Shown: one piece after another, positions 19,844 through 29,069 of the stretch
Position numbering within the stretch: the first letter of the stretch is position 1
How the letters are laid out: every line of letters begins with the position of its first letter
From: Paramicrosporidium saccamoebae KSL3
Lineage: Eukaryota > Fungi > Cryptomycota
Assembly (NCBI GenBank): GCA_002794465.1
Contig: MTSL01000097.1
Span: 1 to 32,000, forward strand
Reading direction: 5' to 3'
DNA: 32,000 nucleotides
The notes under the pieces: model-generated
Databases searched by the model: none
The model's input: the letters and a program-made list of their open reading frames with translations, nothing else
What the model was told of the DNA's origin: nothing
Program-made: the position numbers and the translations under genes

Positions 19844-19951
19844 GTCCACTGGTTATGGTAACCTTGGGGACAGTATTGACTTGATATGATTGTTGTGAAT
19901 TTAAACCACTGTCACCGCCACTGCCACAGTCACTGCCTCGGCTAGCACGTT

Positions 19952-20872
19952 ATGCAACTCTCCCTCACCACCCTCGCCTTTGCATTCATCAGTATCGTTT
20001 CGGCTCGCGATCTGAGCATTGCCAAGAAAGATAGCAAGCAGGTCACAATCAAATCCAAGGGCACCGGGGAAGTCCTCTGGTTCTCCCTTTCCATCTCCAA
20101 CGGTGTTCCCCTGTTTGAAATCAAAGGAAGCGAAAAGGATGACGAATCTGGAGCCAAGGCAAATGTGCAATTGGCCCTTGAAGACTTTAATGAGCAGGGT
20201 GCGAAGAAATGCCTGAGCTTGGCAGGAACGCAAGGATACTGGTCCGACATTAACGTGGAGCAGGTGGGAGAGGACAGCAAGAAGCCAAACCAGGTCATCC
20301 TAAGATCCACTATGACCCATCAAGATAAGGACATTGCAGGAAACTATTTCGTTCTCGCCCTAGAGGCATCGATTGACAAGGATGGGGATGCTTTTGAAAT
20401 CCGCCAGCAGATTCAAAACTTCCCATACACTGACGGAAAGGGAGTTCTTGACGCTGGACAGCTTATCAGTTCTTCCCACAAGGGCAATGCCAAGAAGGAC
20501 GCCAGCAAGATTACGCTTGCATCCGGAGGGCTTGCTGTTATTGCCGATTCTGCCATCGAGGACGGCACTCCAACCACCATCAAGGCTGTCAGAATGGACG
20601 AGGCCAAGGGTGCCCCACGCAGCGGATTATGCGAACAGAGCAAGCGGGCTCACGTAGAATTTGGTGCCGTACGACCAAAGAATGCAACTTATTCCGAGAG
20701 ACTCGTCTTTTATCCGAATTCGATCAAGATTGTGCAGGAACAGAAACCAGACACCAAGGGCGAGCCCAAGGATCATGTCAAGGGCATGACTTTGAACGGA
20801 GCAGCTCCCTCTGGTGCCATTTCCCTCGGGCTGGGTGCTTCCCTTCTTGCCCTCTTTGGTTTGTTAGCCTAA
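19952..20872 (+). CDS. Surface protein paralog 1 (signal peptide plus GPI-type C-terminus), 306 aa
   Basis: MQLSLTTLAFAFISIVSA|RDL; C-terminal NGAAPSG followed by a hydrophobic end without a cytosolic tail. Confidence 0.85.
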   Translation: MQLSLTTLAFAFISIVSARDLSIAKKDSKQVTIKSKGTGEVLWFSLSISNGVPLFEIKGSEKDDESGAKANVQLALEDFNEQGAKKCLSLAGTQGYWSDINVEQVGEDSKKPNQVILRSTMTHQDKDIAGNYFVLALEASIDKDGDAFEIRQQIQNFPYTDGKGVLDAGQLISSSHKGNAKKDASKITLASGGLAVIADSAIEDGTPTTIKAVRMDEAKGAPRSGLCEQSKRAHVEFGAVRPKNATYSERLVFYPNSIKIVQEQKPDTKGEPKDHVKGMTLNGAAPSGAISLGLGASLLALFGLLA

Positions 20873-21066
20873 GTTGGCTGTAAAAAGATTTGAATCCTAG
20901 ATCTTAGAGCTCAAATATCGAATCCCGCGTCTAGAGTCGAGTAATAAAACGGATTTGTTTGGCCAACGTCTAAAGCGGATTTCATCAATATTAGCCAATC
21001 CAGTTTTGTGTCTATTTATAGACAACTCACTCGGGCGAGTTGGTACATCACAAGTTAACAGCGCCG

Positions 21067-22077
21067 ATGCATCTTTTCTGTCTCCTCCCTCTGCTTGCTT
21101 TTGTGAGTGCACGAAACATTACGATTGTGACAAAGACCAACTCGACGTTCTATGCAGAGAGTGAGACGAAAAAGGACACTATCGGGTACAACTTTGCCAT
21201 TAACCAAAACGTCCTTTCGGTGATGCTTAATGCAACTGAGAGCGCGGAAAATATCGATCCAGTTTCGTACATGATCATCCCGAATCTGCTCCTCGAGTAC
21301 AATAGCACTGAGAATGCAAACTCGACTGACAGCATCTTTGGGTTTCAGGACAAGAATAGCGTTGTTGGTTCTTGGGGCAAGGGACTCTCTGCCACAAAGT
21401 ACAAGTCAAAGGCTCTCAATGGAACCGAGTCGGTTGATGTGTGGCAGGTCAGGGCGGAATGGTCGAATCCAAATGCCAAGAATAAGAAGCCCAAGTTTAA
21501 CGCTCTGATGTACTTTTCATCCGCGGCAACAGAATTCCATGGAAAGCGTCTGTCTCCCAATGCTATCAACATTCGCTACAGCATTCTAAACTATCCGTTC
21601 AAGTACCAGAACTCTACCCTCGGCCTGAATGAGCTGGTGTTGTCCAAGGGAAATATAGCCACCAATCTGTTCTCAAACAGTACCGACGACAATGGCGATG
21701 GCGACTATGGCTCTCTCCGTGTTAACCGAACAGCCTTGGTTGACGGCAAAAAGAAGCATCTGGTCGTCGATCACTATGATGGTTCCAGCATTGACATTGT
21801 TGCAGGGAACTCTACTAATATTGATCTCTCTGAATTTGACAAACAGTCAGTCCTATTCAGTGTGCGGGATGTTTCAGGAGCCAAGAACGTGACCATTGAT
21901 CAGCGTCTCTCCCTAAACATAACTGCCCTGCGTAAGGAAGCAGAGAAGAAAGGAAACAACAAGGAAGAAACTGCATCACCGAACAATTCAAACAAGTCTG
22001 GGGCTCCTTTGACATTTATGGCCTTTGTCATTGCCCTCACTTCTGTGTTGGTGTCCCTCCCTGCGCTGGTGCTCTAA
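21067..22077 (+). CDS. Surface protein paralog 2, N-glycosylation-rich, GPI-type, 336 aa
   Basis: ATG 21067 MHLFCLLPLLAFVSA|RNI; about 14 NxS/T sequons; hydrophobic C-terminus. Confidence 0.88.
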   Translation: MHLFCLLPLLAFVSARNITIVTKTNSTFYAESETKKDTIGYNFAINQNVLSVMLNATESAENIDPVSYMIIPNLLLEYNSTENANSTDSIFGFQDKNSVVGSWGKGLSATKYKSKALNGTESVDVWQVRAEWSNPNAKNKKPKFNALMYFSSAATEFHGKRLSPNAINIRYSILNYPFKYQNSTLGLNELVLSKGNIATNLFSNSTDDNGDGDYGSLRVNRTALVDGKKKHLVVDHYDGSSIDIVAGNSTNIDLSEFDKQSVLFSVRDVSGAKNVTIDQRLSLNITALRKEAEKKGNNKEETASPNNSNKSGAPLTFMAFVIALTSVLVSLPALVL

Positions 22078-22244
22078 GCCAAATGAGATGATGAATAAAA
22101 GGTTCTATTGATGGGCGGGGTATCGCGAGGTGGTATTGTGAGGTACTCTAACCACGGATTAGGGATTCCAACAACGAGCCTTTTAGTGAGCAAGAGTGTA
22201 TCCTTGTTAAAGGCGTCTTTATAAATCTCTACCATCACTACACT

Positions 22245-22316
22245 GGATTGTATGATCGCTATCCGGGTCGGACTCACTAATGACAAGCGGATACTTTTTA
22301 ACAAATCTTTACTAAA
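22245..22316 (+). repeat. Dispersed bipartite element, copy C
   Basis: GGATTGTATGATCGCTATCC ... AGCGGATACTTTTTAACAAA; second block 189 nt upstream of ATG 22475. Confidence 0.85.
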
Positions 22317-22378
22317 GTATGCGACGCCCTTGCGCATTGTTGATTGCTCGGCGACTGTCCAATTTAATCACAGAAGGA

Positions 22379-22427
22379 CCAATCGGACCAATTGAGGGGT
22401 CGCTATGCAACCGACACCTATATATAG
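22379..22427 (+). promoter_or_regulatory. Two CCAAT plus TATA box upstream of paralog 3
   Basis: CCAAT at 22379 and 22388; TATATATAG at 22419-22427, 47 nt before the ATG. Confidence 0.55.
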
Positions 22428-22474
22428 AGCACCGTTAGCTGTCAACAACACAAGCAGAGCCACTCGAGACAATA

Positions 22475-23476
22475 ATGCTTAAGCTCCTGACTTTGCTTCC
22501 TCTCCTCGCATATGCTGCAGCCCGTGATCTCCAAATGGTGACCAACACCAACTCGACCGTCTATGCCGAGAGCAAACACAATGCCGAGACAATCGGCTAC
22601 TACTTTGCACTCACTAACAACGTCCTCTCGGTGATGATCAACGGCACTACAACGGCTCAACTGATCCCCCAAGAGCCAGTTGGCTACATGATCATGCCTC
22701 AGCTTCTCCTCGAATACAACCAGACAATGGATGCCAACAAGACGGAGAGCCGCGCAGGCTTCATGTTTAAGCAGGGCGATATTGCCCACTGGGGGACTGG
22801 CCTTGCTGCCACAAAGTTTGAATCGCGTGGGGCAGACAATTCGACAGTCGATGTGTGGCAGGTGAGCGCCAACTGGACTAATTCGTATGCGCCAGACGGA
22901 AAGAACACGACAGTGCCCAAGTTCCACGCATTAATGTACATTGCCTCTGCGCCAACCAAGTTTGAGGGACACAATCTGACTGACGATGCTATCACTATCC
23001 GGTTCAGCATCCTGGAGTATCCGTTCATGCTGAACAACTCGACACTTGCACTGAACCAGTTGGCTTTGTCAGAGTCTGCAGGAATCACAGCCATTAACGG
23101 AACGTCCGCCGACGGTCCCAGCATCTATGGAGGCAACTTGCGCGTTGACAAGACCGCATTGGTTGATGGAGAGAAGCAGAACATTACGATCATCCACTAC
23201 AACAACGAGGCAATCGACATTGTCGCCGGAAATTCTACTCGCGTAAATGTCACCTCTTGGACTAAGGAGTCGCTCTTGTTGTCATTTGCAAACTCGTACA
23301 ACGCAAAGAATGTCACCTTTGATCAGCGTCTTGGAATCAGCATGTCAAACTGCGACTGCGAGCAGAATGCAAACTCTGAAAACTCGGCCAACCTGATGAC
23401 AAGCAGTACCATGTTGACTGTCTTTGTTGCTGTGCTCGGTGCGTTGGTTTTGGCTTTGCCTGTTCTAGTTTTCTAA
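22475..23476 (+). CDS. Surface protein paralog 3, N-glycosylation-rich, GPI-type, 333 aa
   Basis: [16 protein letters not shown]|RDL; collinear with paralog 2 (TNSTxYAES, GYMIxP.LLLEYN, VDVWQV, KTALVDG, KNVTxDQRL). Confidence 0.88.
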   Translation: MLKLLTLLPLLAYAAARDLQMVTNTNSTVYAESKHNAETIGYYFALTNNVLSVMINGTTTAQLIPQEPVGYMIMPQLLLEYNQTMDANKTESRAGFMFKQGDIAHWGTGLAATKFESRGADNSTVDVWQVSANWTNSYAPDGKNTTVPKFHALMYIASAPTKFEGHNLTDDAITIRFSILEYPFMLNNSTLALNQLALSESAGITAINGTSADGPSIYGGNLRVDKTALVDGEKQNITIIHYNNEAIDIVAGNSTRVNVTSWTKESLLLSFANSYNAKNVTFDQRLGISMSNCDCEQNANSENSANLMTSSTMLTVFVAVLGALVLALPVLVF

Positions 23477-23490
23477 GTTTAAACAATAAA

Positions 23491-24614
23491 ATGACCTCTT
23501 CTAGTACGAGTATGGGTAAGCTCGGCCCAATCGAGATGGACCGACGTTATTCCATGGAAGACTTTGAGATTGTGCGCATTGTGGGGAAGGGATTTATGGG
23601 CAAAGTCATGGTAGTGTGCGAAAAGGCCACCAACCAAATCTTTGCGATCAAGTCAATCCACAAGCAAGCCATTCTGGAGCGAAAAGAGGTGAACCATGCC
23701 CGTGCAGAGCGCGATATACTTGCAGAGCTTGTCACCCAACAAAAGAATTGTCAGTATATTCAAAGTCCATTCCTAGTCCGTCTACATGCCGCCTTCCAAG
23801 ACAGAAGCAATCTGTATTATCTTATGGACTTTCATGGCGGTGGTGATGTGGCCGGTCTTCTTGCACAGATGATTCGGCTACCGTCCGACTGGGTACGAAC
23901 ATATGCTGCAGAGATTGTTTCCGGATTGGTCGATCTGCATTCACGGGGCATTGTTTATCGTGATTTAAAGCCTGAAAACATTCTGATTTCCCAGGAAGGA
24001 CACTTGGTGCTTACTGACTTTGGTCTTTGCAAGCTACTACTAGAAGGGACATTAACAAGAACATTTTGCGGCACACCAGAGTATCTAGCACCGGAAGTTG
24101 TGCTCCGAAAACCCTATGGATTAGCTGTGGATTGGTGGAGCTTTGGGGTTTTGCTTTATGAAATGCTCGTAGGAATGGTATTTTGTACATGGTCGGCTTG
24201 ACCGTTTAGACTCCCTTCTGGTCAGACAAGCCAGCTCAAATGTACAGCCGAATCGTAGCAGACAAGGCAATAGAGTTTCCGCCGTCAGTCGACCGGGTGA
24301 CAAAGGACCTGATCACAAATTTGCTGCTTCGGGACCCAGACAGACGTCTCACTGAAAGAAAAGTCATGAATCATCCATACTTTTCCGAAGTGAATTGGCA
24401 AGAACTGGCAAACTTGCACTATCCAGCACCCTTTCGTCCCGGACTAGTACATTTAATGGAGATTCTATAATTCGGCTAGGCCTCCAGATTGGATGTAAAT
24501 GCATTCGATCCCGAATTCACCAATTTGCCCCCCATAATCACGCCCACCGACTATAGCTTCCCTGATAATACATTTGTGCGCAAAGTCTTCCAAGGATTCA
24601 CCTTTCGTCATTAA
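23491..24614 (+). CDS. AGC-family Ser/Thr kinase (SGK/Ypk/S6K-like), 352 aa; introns 24178-24209, 24447-24479
   Basis: [34 protein letters not shown]; C-tail FDPEFT, TP turn motif and hydrophobic motif FQGFTF. Start could be a downstream Met. Confidence 0.92.
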
Positions 24615-24634
24615 GCACCAAACAACTAGTAACA

Positions 24635-24642
24635 GCCAATCA
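24635..24642. promoter_or_regulatory. GCCAATCA 15 nt before the LTA4H ATG
   Basis: Exact octamer in a 43-nt tandem gap. Confidence 0.6.
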
Positions 24643-24657
24643 GAAATAAATTACAGC

Positions 24658-26515
24658 ATGACGCCCACCCTCCGTGACCCTAATTCAGTCTCCAACATCC
24701 TCGCCTTTGTCACCAAACACATCAAGCTCAACTGGAAGGTGAATTTCGAGACATCAACAATTGCAGCTACGGTCGTTCTTACGCTGGCCAGGTTGACTGA
24801 GGAGCAGACGGTAAGACTGGACTGCTCGCATTTGGTGGTGAAAAGGGTTACTGACCTGGACAGTGGACAGGAGTTATCATTCCGTGTCGATCCAAATGCG
24901 ACAAAATTTGGCGGTCTTTTAGCTTTTGATCTTTGCACCAAATGCCCAACATACGATATTGAGTATAGCTCATGTGCTCAGTTGACCTTGTAGGGTTGAG
25001 TATGAAACCACAAAACTGTCTTCTGCTCTGCAATGGTTGACACCGGAGCAGACTGTGGGGAAGAAGCATCCATATTTGTTCAGCCAATGTCAGGCAATAC
25101 ACGCCAGAACAATGTTGCCTTGTCAGGATACTCCAGCCGTGAAATGCACCTATAGTGCCACTGTAACGCTGCCCGCTCCCCTCTCTGCTGTAATGAGCGC
25201 TAATCGTCGCATTGAACGGCCTGCACCGTCCGGCCTGTGCTCATTTGAATTTGAACAGACTCAGCCGATCCCGTCGTATCTGATTGCAATCGGTGCGGGC
25301 CACATTGACTCGCGGGAAATTGGGCCAAGATCCATGGTCTGGTGCGAAGGAGAGGTCCTTGATGCTGCAGCATACGAGTTTGCCGAGACAGAGTCATTTA
25401 TTTCAGTGGCCGAGGATTTGGTGGGCCCATATGTATGGGAGCGATATGATATTCTCCTTTTGCCTCCCAGCTTTCCATATGGAGGAATGGAAAATCCCTG
25501 TCTCACCTTTCTGACACCAAGTTTACTGTGCGGCGACCGATCTTTGGTCGATGTAGTAGCCCACGAAGTTTCCCACAGCTGGACGGGGAATTTGGTTTCT
25601 TGCATGAACTGGGAGCATTTCTGGCTAAATGAAGGATTCACCATGTTTCTAGAGCGCAAAATTCTTGCACGGATCCATGGAGAGGGATGGCGTCAATTTA
25701 ATAGCCACATAGGCTTGGCTGATCTGCGCGAAAGCGTCGCCCAGTTCAACGGAGACGGCCCTGAAACTATGCTGATTCCCGACTTGACTGATACTGATCC
25801 GGACGATGTCTTTTCCTCTGTTCCCTACGAAAAGGGCTACACTTTATTATATGTCTTGGAAGAGTTGGTAGGAGGGCCAGCAGTGTTTGAGCCATTCTTT
25901 AAAGCGCACATTCAAAAATTTGCGGGTCAGTCAATTACCAGTGAGGAATTCAAAGCGTTCCTACTAGGATATTTTGCTCGCGACACTGAGGTCTCTTCCA
26001 AGCTGGCCTCGTTTAATTGGAGTTTATGGTTCAGCGGGCGTGGAATGCCGCCAACCATTCCGTCCTATAGCGAAAAAATGATGACTCCCTGCCGGCTGCT
26101 CGCAGAGACTTGGGTCCAAAATGGCAAATCCAATGACGCAGACCAATTCCCTGCCTTTTCGCCGGCGCAAAAGACAATGTTCCTCGATATTATTCTCCAA
26201 AAGGCCAGCACCATGGACAAAAAGACAGTCCAGCAGCTAGACCGGGAGTATGGGTTGTCAGACTCTAATAATGTCGAAATTCTCCTTAAATGGTATCTGC
26301 TTTGCATCCGTAGCAATACGGAATCAATATTTGAGGGCGCAGCCAAATTTGCCACCCAGCATGGACGCATGAAGTACTGCAGACCGATCTTGAGGGAACT
26401 CTTCAAAAGCGGTGATTGCGGGAGAAAGTTGGCACTAAAGACATTTGACGAATATCGTTCGTTCTATCATCCCATCGCAGCTCAGTTGATTGCCAAAGAT
26501 CTCAATCTCTGTTAA
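24658..26515 (+). CDS. LTA4H: Leukotriene A4 hydrolase-like M1 aminopeptidase, 608 aa; intron 24963-24993
   Basis: [37 protein letters not shown] (HExxH), [18 protein letters not shown]. Confidence 0.95.
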
Positions 26516-26648
26516 GGATAACCGAAAAATGGGCACACTTTTTTAAGTAAAGATGTCTTTGTTGGGCAGGAGAAATCCGGTTGAATGGCTAGAGTAGATT
26601 CGTATTAAAGTATATGGCGCCATGACAGACTGCCACTCTTAGCACGCC

Positions 26649-26715
26649 AGATCGTGAGATAGCTACCAGAATTGCCAATCACCAGCGGATACTGTTCAGC
26701 CGAAACCTTTATTAC
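26649..26715 (+). repeat. Dispersed bipartite element, copy D (most diverged)
   Basis: AGATCGTGAGATAGCTACC ... AGCGGATACTGTTCAGCC ... cctttatta; spacer contains GCCAATCA at 26674. Confidence 0.7.
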
Positions 26716-26814
26716 CAATGGGTAAGCCCTTTTATAGGCTCTCTAGTACGCTGCGTTTCTTGACAATGAGCCAGTTGGTTGTTCTACTATTCCACATTAC
26801 ATCTTAGGACAGGG

Positions 26815-28072
26815 TTAAGTTTTATTTCGCAAGTCTACAATCTCCAACTCGATCCTTGAGAACTTTGCGTGTCCTTCTGGAGTGCTGATTTCTCTGTATA
26901 TTGGCCGATCTGAAGGATGCTGGTGGAATCCTCGTTGAGGGCAATTGGAAATTGTCCCAATGCCTGGAGGATCAGTTAGCCTAAAGATTCCAAAGTTGGG
27001 AGTCTGGGTGGGGGCCACAACAATTGCTATGGCTTCAGCAATTAAAAGCTGATATGGAAAATGTGTGTGCAGGTCAACGGAGCTCATAAAACACTGCTGG
27101 GTAGGATGAGTGTGGATCCAGCCAAGCGTCAGCACATCGCGCTGATCCTGAACATCAAACATTTCCTCCTCATTCAGCATGGCAACTGTGTCGCTTGTAG
27201 AGGTCTGCTTGGGCATGATCAATGTGGTGATGGTGAAAACGTCGTGGGACAATTTTCCAGCCAAAACCCCGCACGTTTCGAGATTTTTCCTAGTATTTTC
27301 TGCGGCGAGGTCCATAAATCGCGACACGATAATGTCGGGGATGTTGACCTTTCTCAATGGCATTCCATTTTCCAGATAATATTGTGCTCTCAGAGCTGGC
27401 TTGATTGTTGGCGGCGGGGAAAGTACAGGAAGAGGTACTGACGTGAAATTTGGCGTGGCCTCGGGCGTGGTCGGTGAATATTGTGCCGGTCTCATTGCCG
27501 GAATGGCAATATCGCTACTCGAACTCTTGTTCAGCAAATCGGTCTTGTGTGCATAACTCTTGGCCAAATCCAGTTTTTGCATTTCGCTGAGCCTCAATTT
27601 TCTGGCTTCTTCTTGGCTTTGCACGGCCCGTGCCGCCATTTTTTGCGCCTCCTCATCTCTGCGTCTGGCCTCTGTCATTTCCCGACTACGCTGTTCGCTG
27701 CGTATTCGCTCAGCTTCAGATTCCCTGAATCGTTGAAGCAGGAGGTGCTTGCTCTTCTCCAGTGCATCAAGAGCGGTAAGCAAGTTCCCCCGCAATGAAG
27801 CTCCCATTGCTGTCTTGTACTCGGAGTGTCTGGGTAGTTCCTTCAGAACGAGACTAGGCTATTAACGAACCCAGTATTGTGTACTTTGAATATTTAAGGT
27901 AGAGGATAAACGCCTTCTCCAAGTCGCCTTCATTGTGGTAAATACAGGCTTGTTTAAACACTGTTTCGGCAGAGCGTATGTACAGCCTAATGGATTTTGA
28001 AGAGTCAAAGGGCACTTCGGCCAATTTGTGTAGTGTTTCGAGATACTTTCCTTGTCGCTGCTCGTCGGCCAT
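26815..28072 (-). CDS. AMSH: AMSH/STAMBP JAMM deubiquitinase, 408 aa; intron 27884-27854
   Basis: MIT-like N-terminus (EGDLEKAFILYLKYSNLVLKELPRH), coiled coil, ETCGVLAG, JAMM motif WIHTHPTQQCFMSSVDLH. Confidence 0.92.
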
Positions 28073-28075
28073 CGT

Positions 28076-28083
28076 TGATTGGC
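28076..28083. promoter_or_regulatory. GCCAATCA (minus strand) 3 nt before the AMSH ATG
   Basis: Minus strand reads gccgccaatcaacgATG. Confidence 0.6.
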
Positions 28084-28154
28084 GGCACCCAGATTCCAGC
28101 GCGGCTTAAACTGCCATCGATCTTTGCCACCCCCTCTTTAACACTATAGTCAAA

Positions 28155-28552
28155 ATGCTTCTCCGTACGATTATCACTCTATTACTTTGCTTTGTCTCGA
28201 GTGCACGTGGATCAAATAGGTTCTCTTACGAGTTGTCTTCCATACCGATGGAATCGGGGAGCGGGGACGGCCGTACCGGAAAGCGTCGAGCCTCTAGTTG
28301 GACACTTCGCGCTCCACTAAAGAAAGACTTCCTGGCGCCGAGACGTCACAGCACACCTGAGGAAATTGGTTACCCCTCGCAATCTTTAGAACCTCGCATG
28401 ACAGAGTAATTGGCTTTATAATCTTATTCGTTAGTGAGGATGCCAGAAACGAAGCCTTACAAAATTTTCTGTACATTTACTGTCACAATTTAGACTATAG
28501 GAATGCTGAGGACGAGTCGGTGGAAAATTCAGATTCAGACTCGATGTTCTAA
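28155..28552 (+). CDS. Small secreted protein, 112 aa; exons 28155-28405, 28435-28470, 28501-28552
   Basis: Signal peptide MLLRTIITLLLCFVSSA; 29- and 30-nt GT-AG introns give an intact frame ending ...NAEDESVENSDSDSMF. Confidence 0.65.
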
Positions 28553-29069
28553 TCGGCTCTGTTAAATTGACGTTTGTTATGGACTGAAAGTTGAGTGTCA
28601 AAATTCCATTCCTGGTCTGTTGTACATTGAGATTGAAAACCAGGGCCCTTTTGTGAGAGTAGGTAAATAGACGAGAGATGAAGGGCCTTTATTATAAATC
28701 TTTGTTTGAAGTTCTTAGCCTGTCAAGAATGAGTACTGCTGCGTAGCAATTAAAGTATTGTGATATAGAGGATTGATTGGTTGGGTGTTTGAAGACAGTG
28801 AGACGTGTATCCCATACTATTCTAGGATTAACAGTGAACAAGCTCTCGTCTCATTCCTTCCCACCTGACAATGTACGTGGTATTATTCCCACTACGCAAC
28901 AGAATTACAGACTTTTACAGGCGGATTGAAGCTCGTTTATTACTAGCCCAATAGCCCTCTATAATCACACGAGTGACGTGCTATTGTATGGTGGTGGAGG
29001 TGGGTATAGACTTCGTTAGTGGATCTAAACGACTTGCTCTCAAACTAGGTAACCCACTCCTTCACAACA

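Noticed and set aside
20974-20990. Fifth copy of the dispersed element upstream of paralog 2
   Set aside because: Only AGCGGATT matches; block 1 and the tail are absent. Could be a decayed copy but cannot be supported. A similar bare heptamer occurs in coding DNA at 20621.
26585-26818. Hidden small spliced gene in the LTA4H/AMSH gap (ATG 26585, intron 26594-26628)
   Set aside because: Several equally weak splice solutions, no family match, and it overlaps non-coding element copy D.
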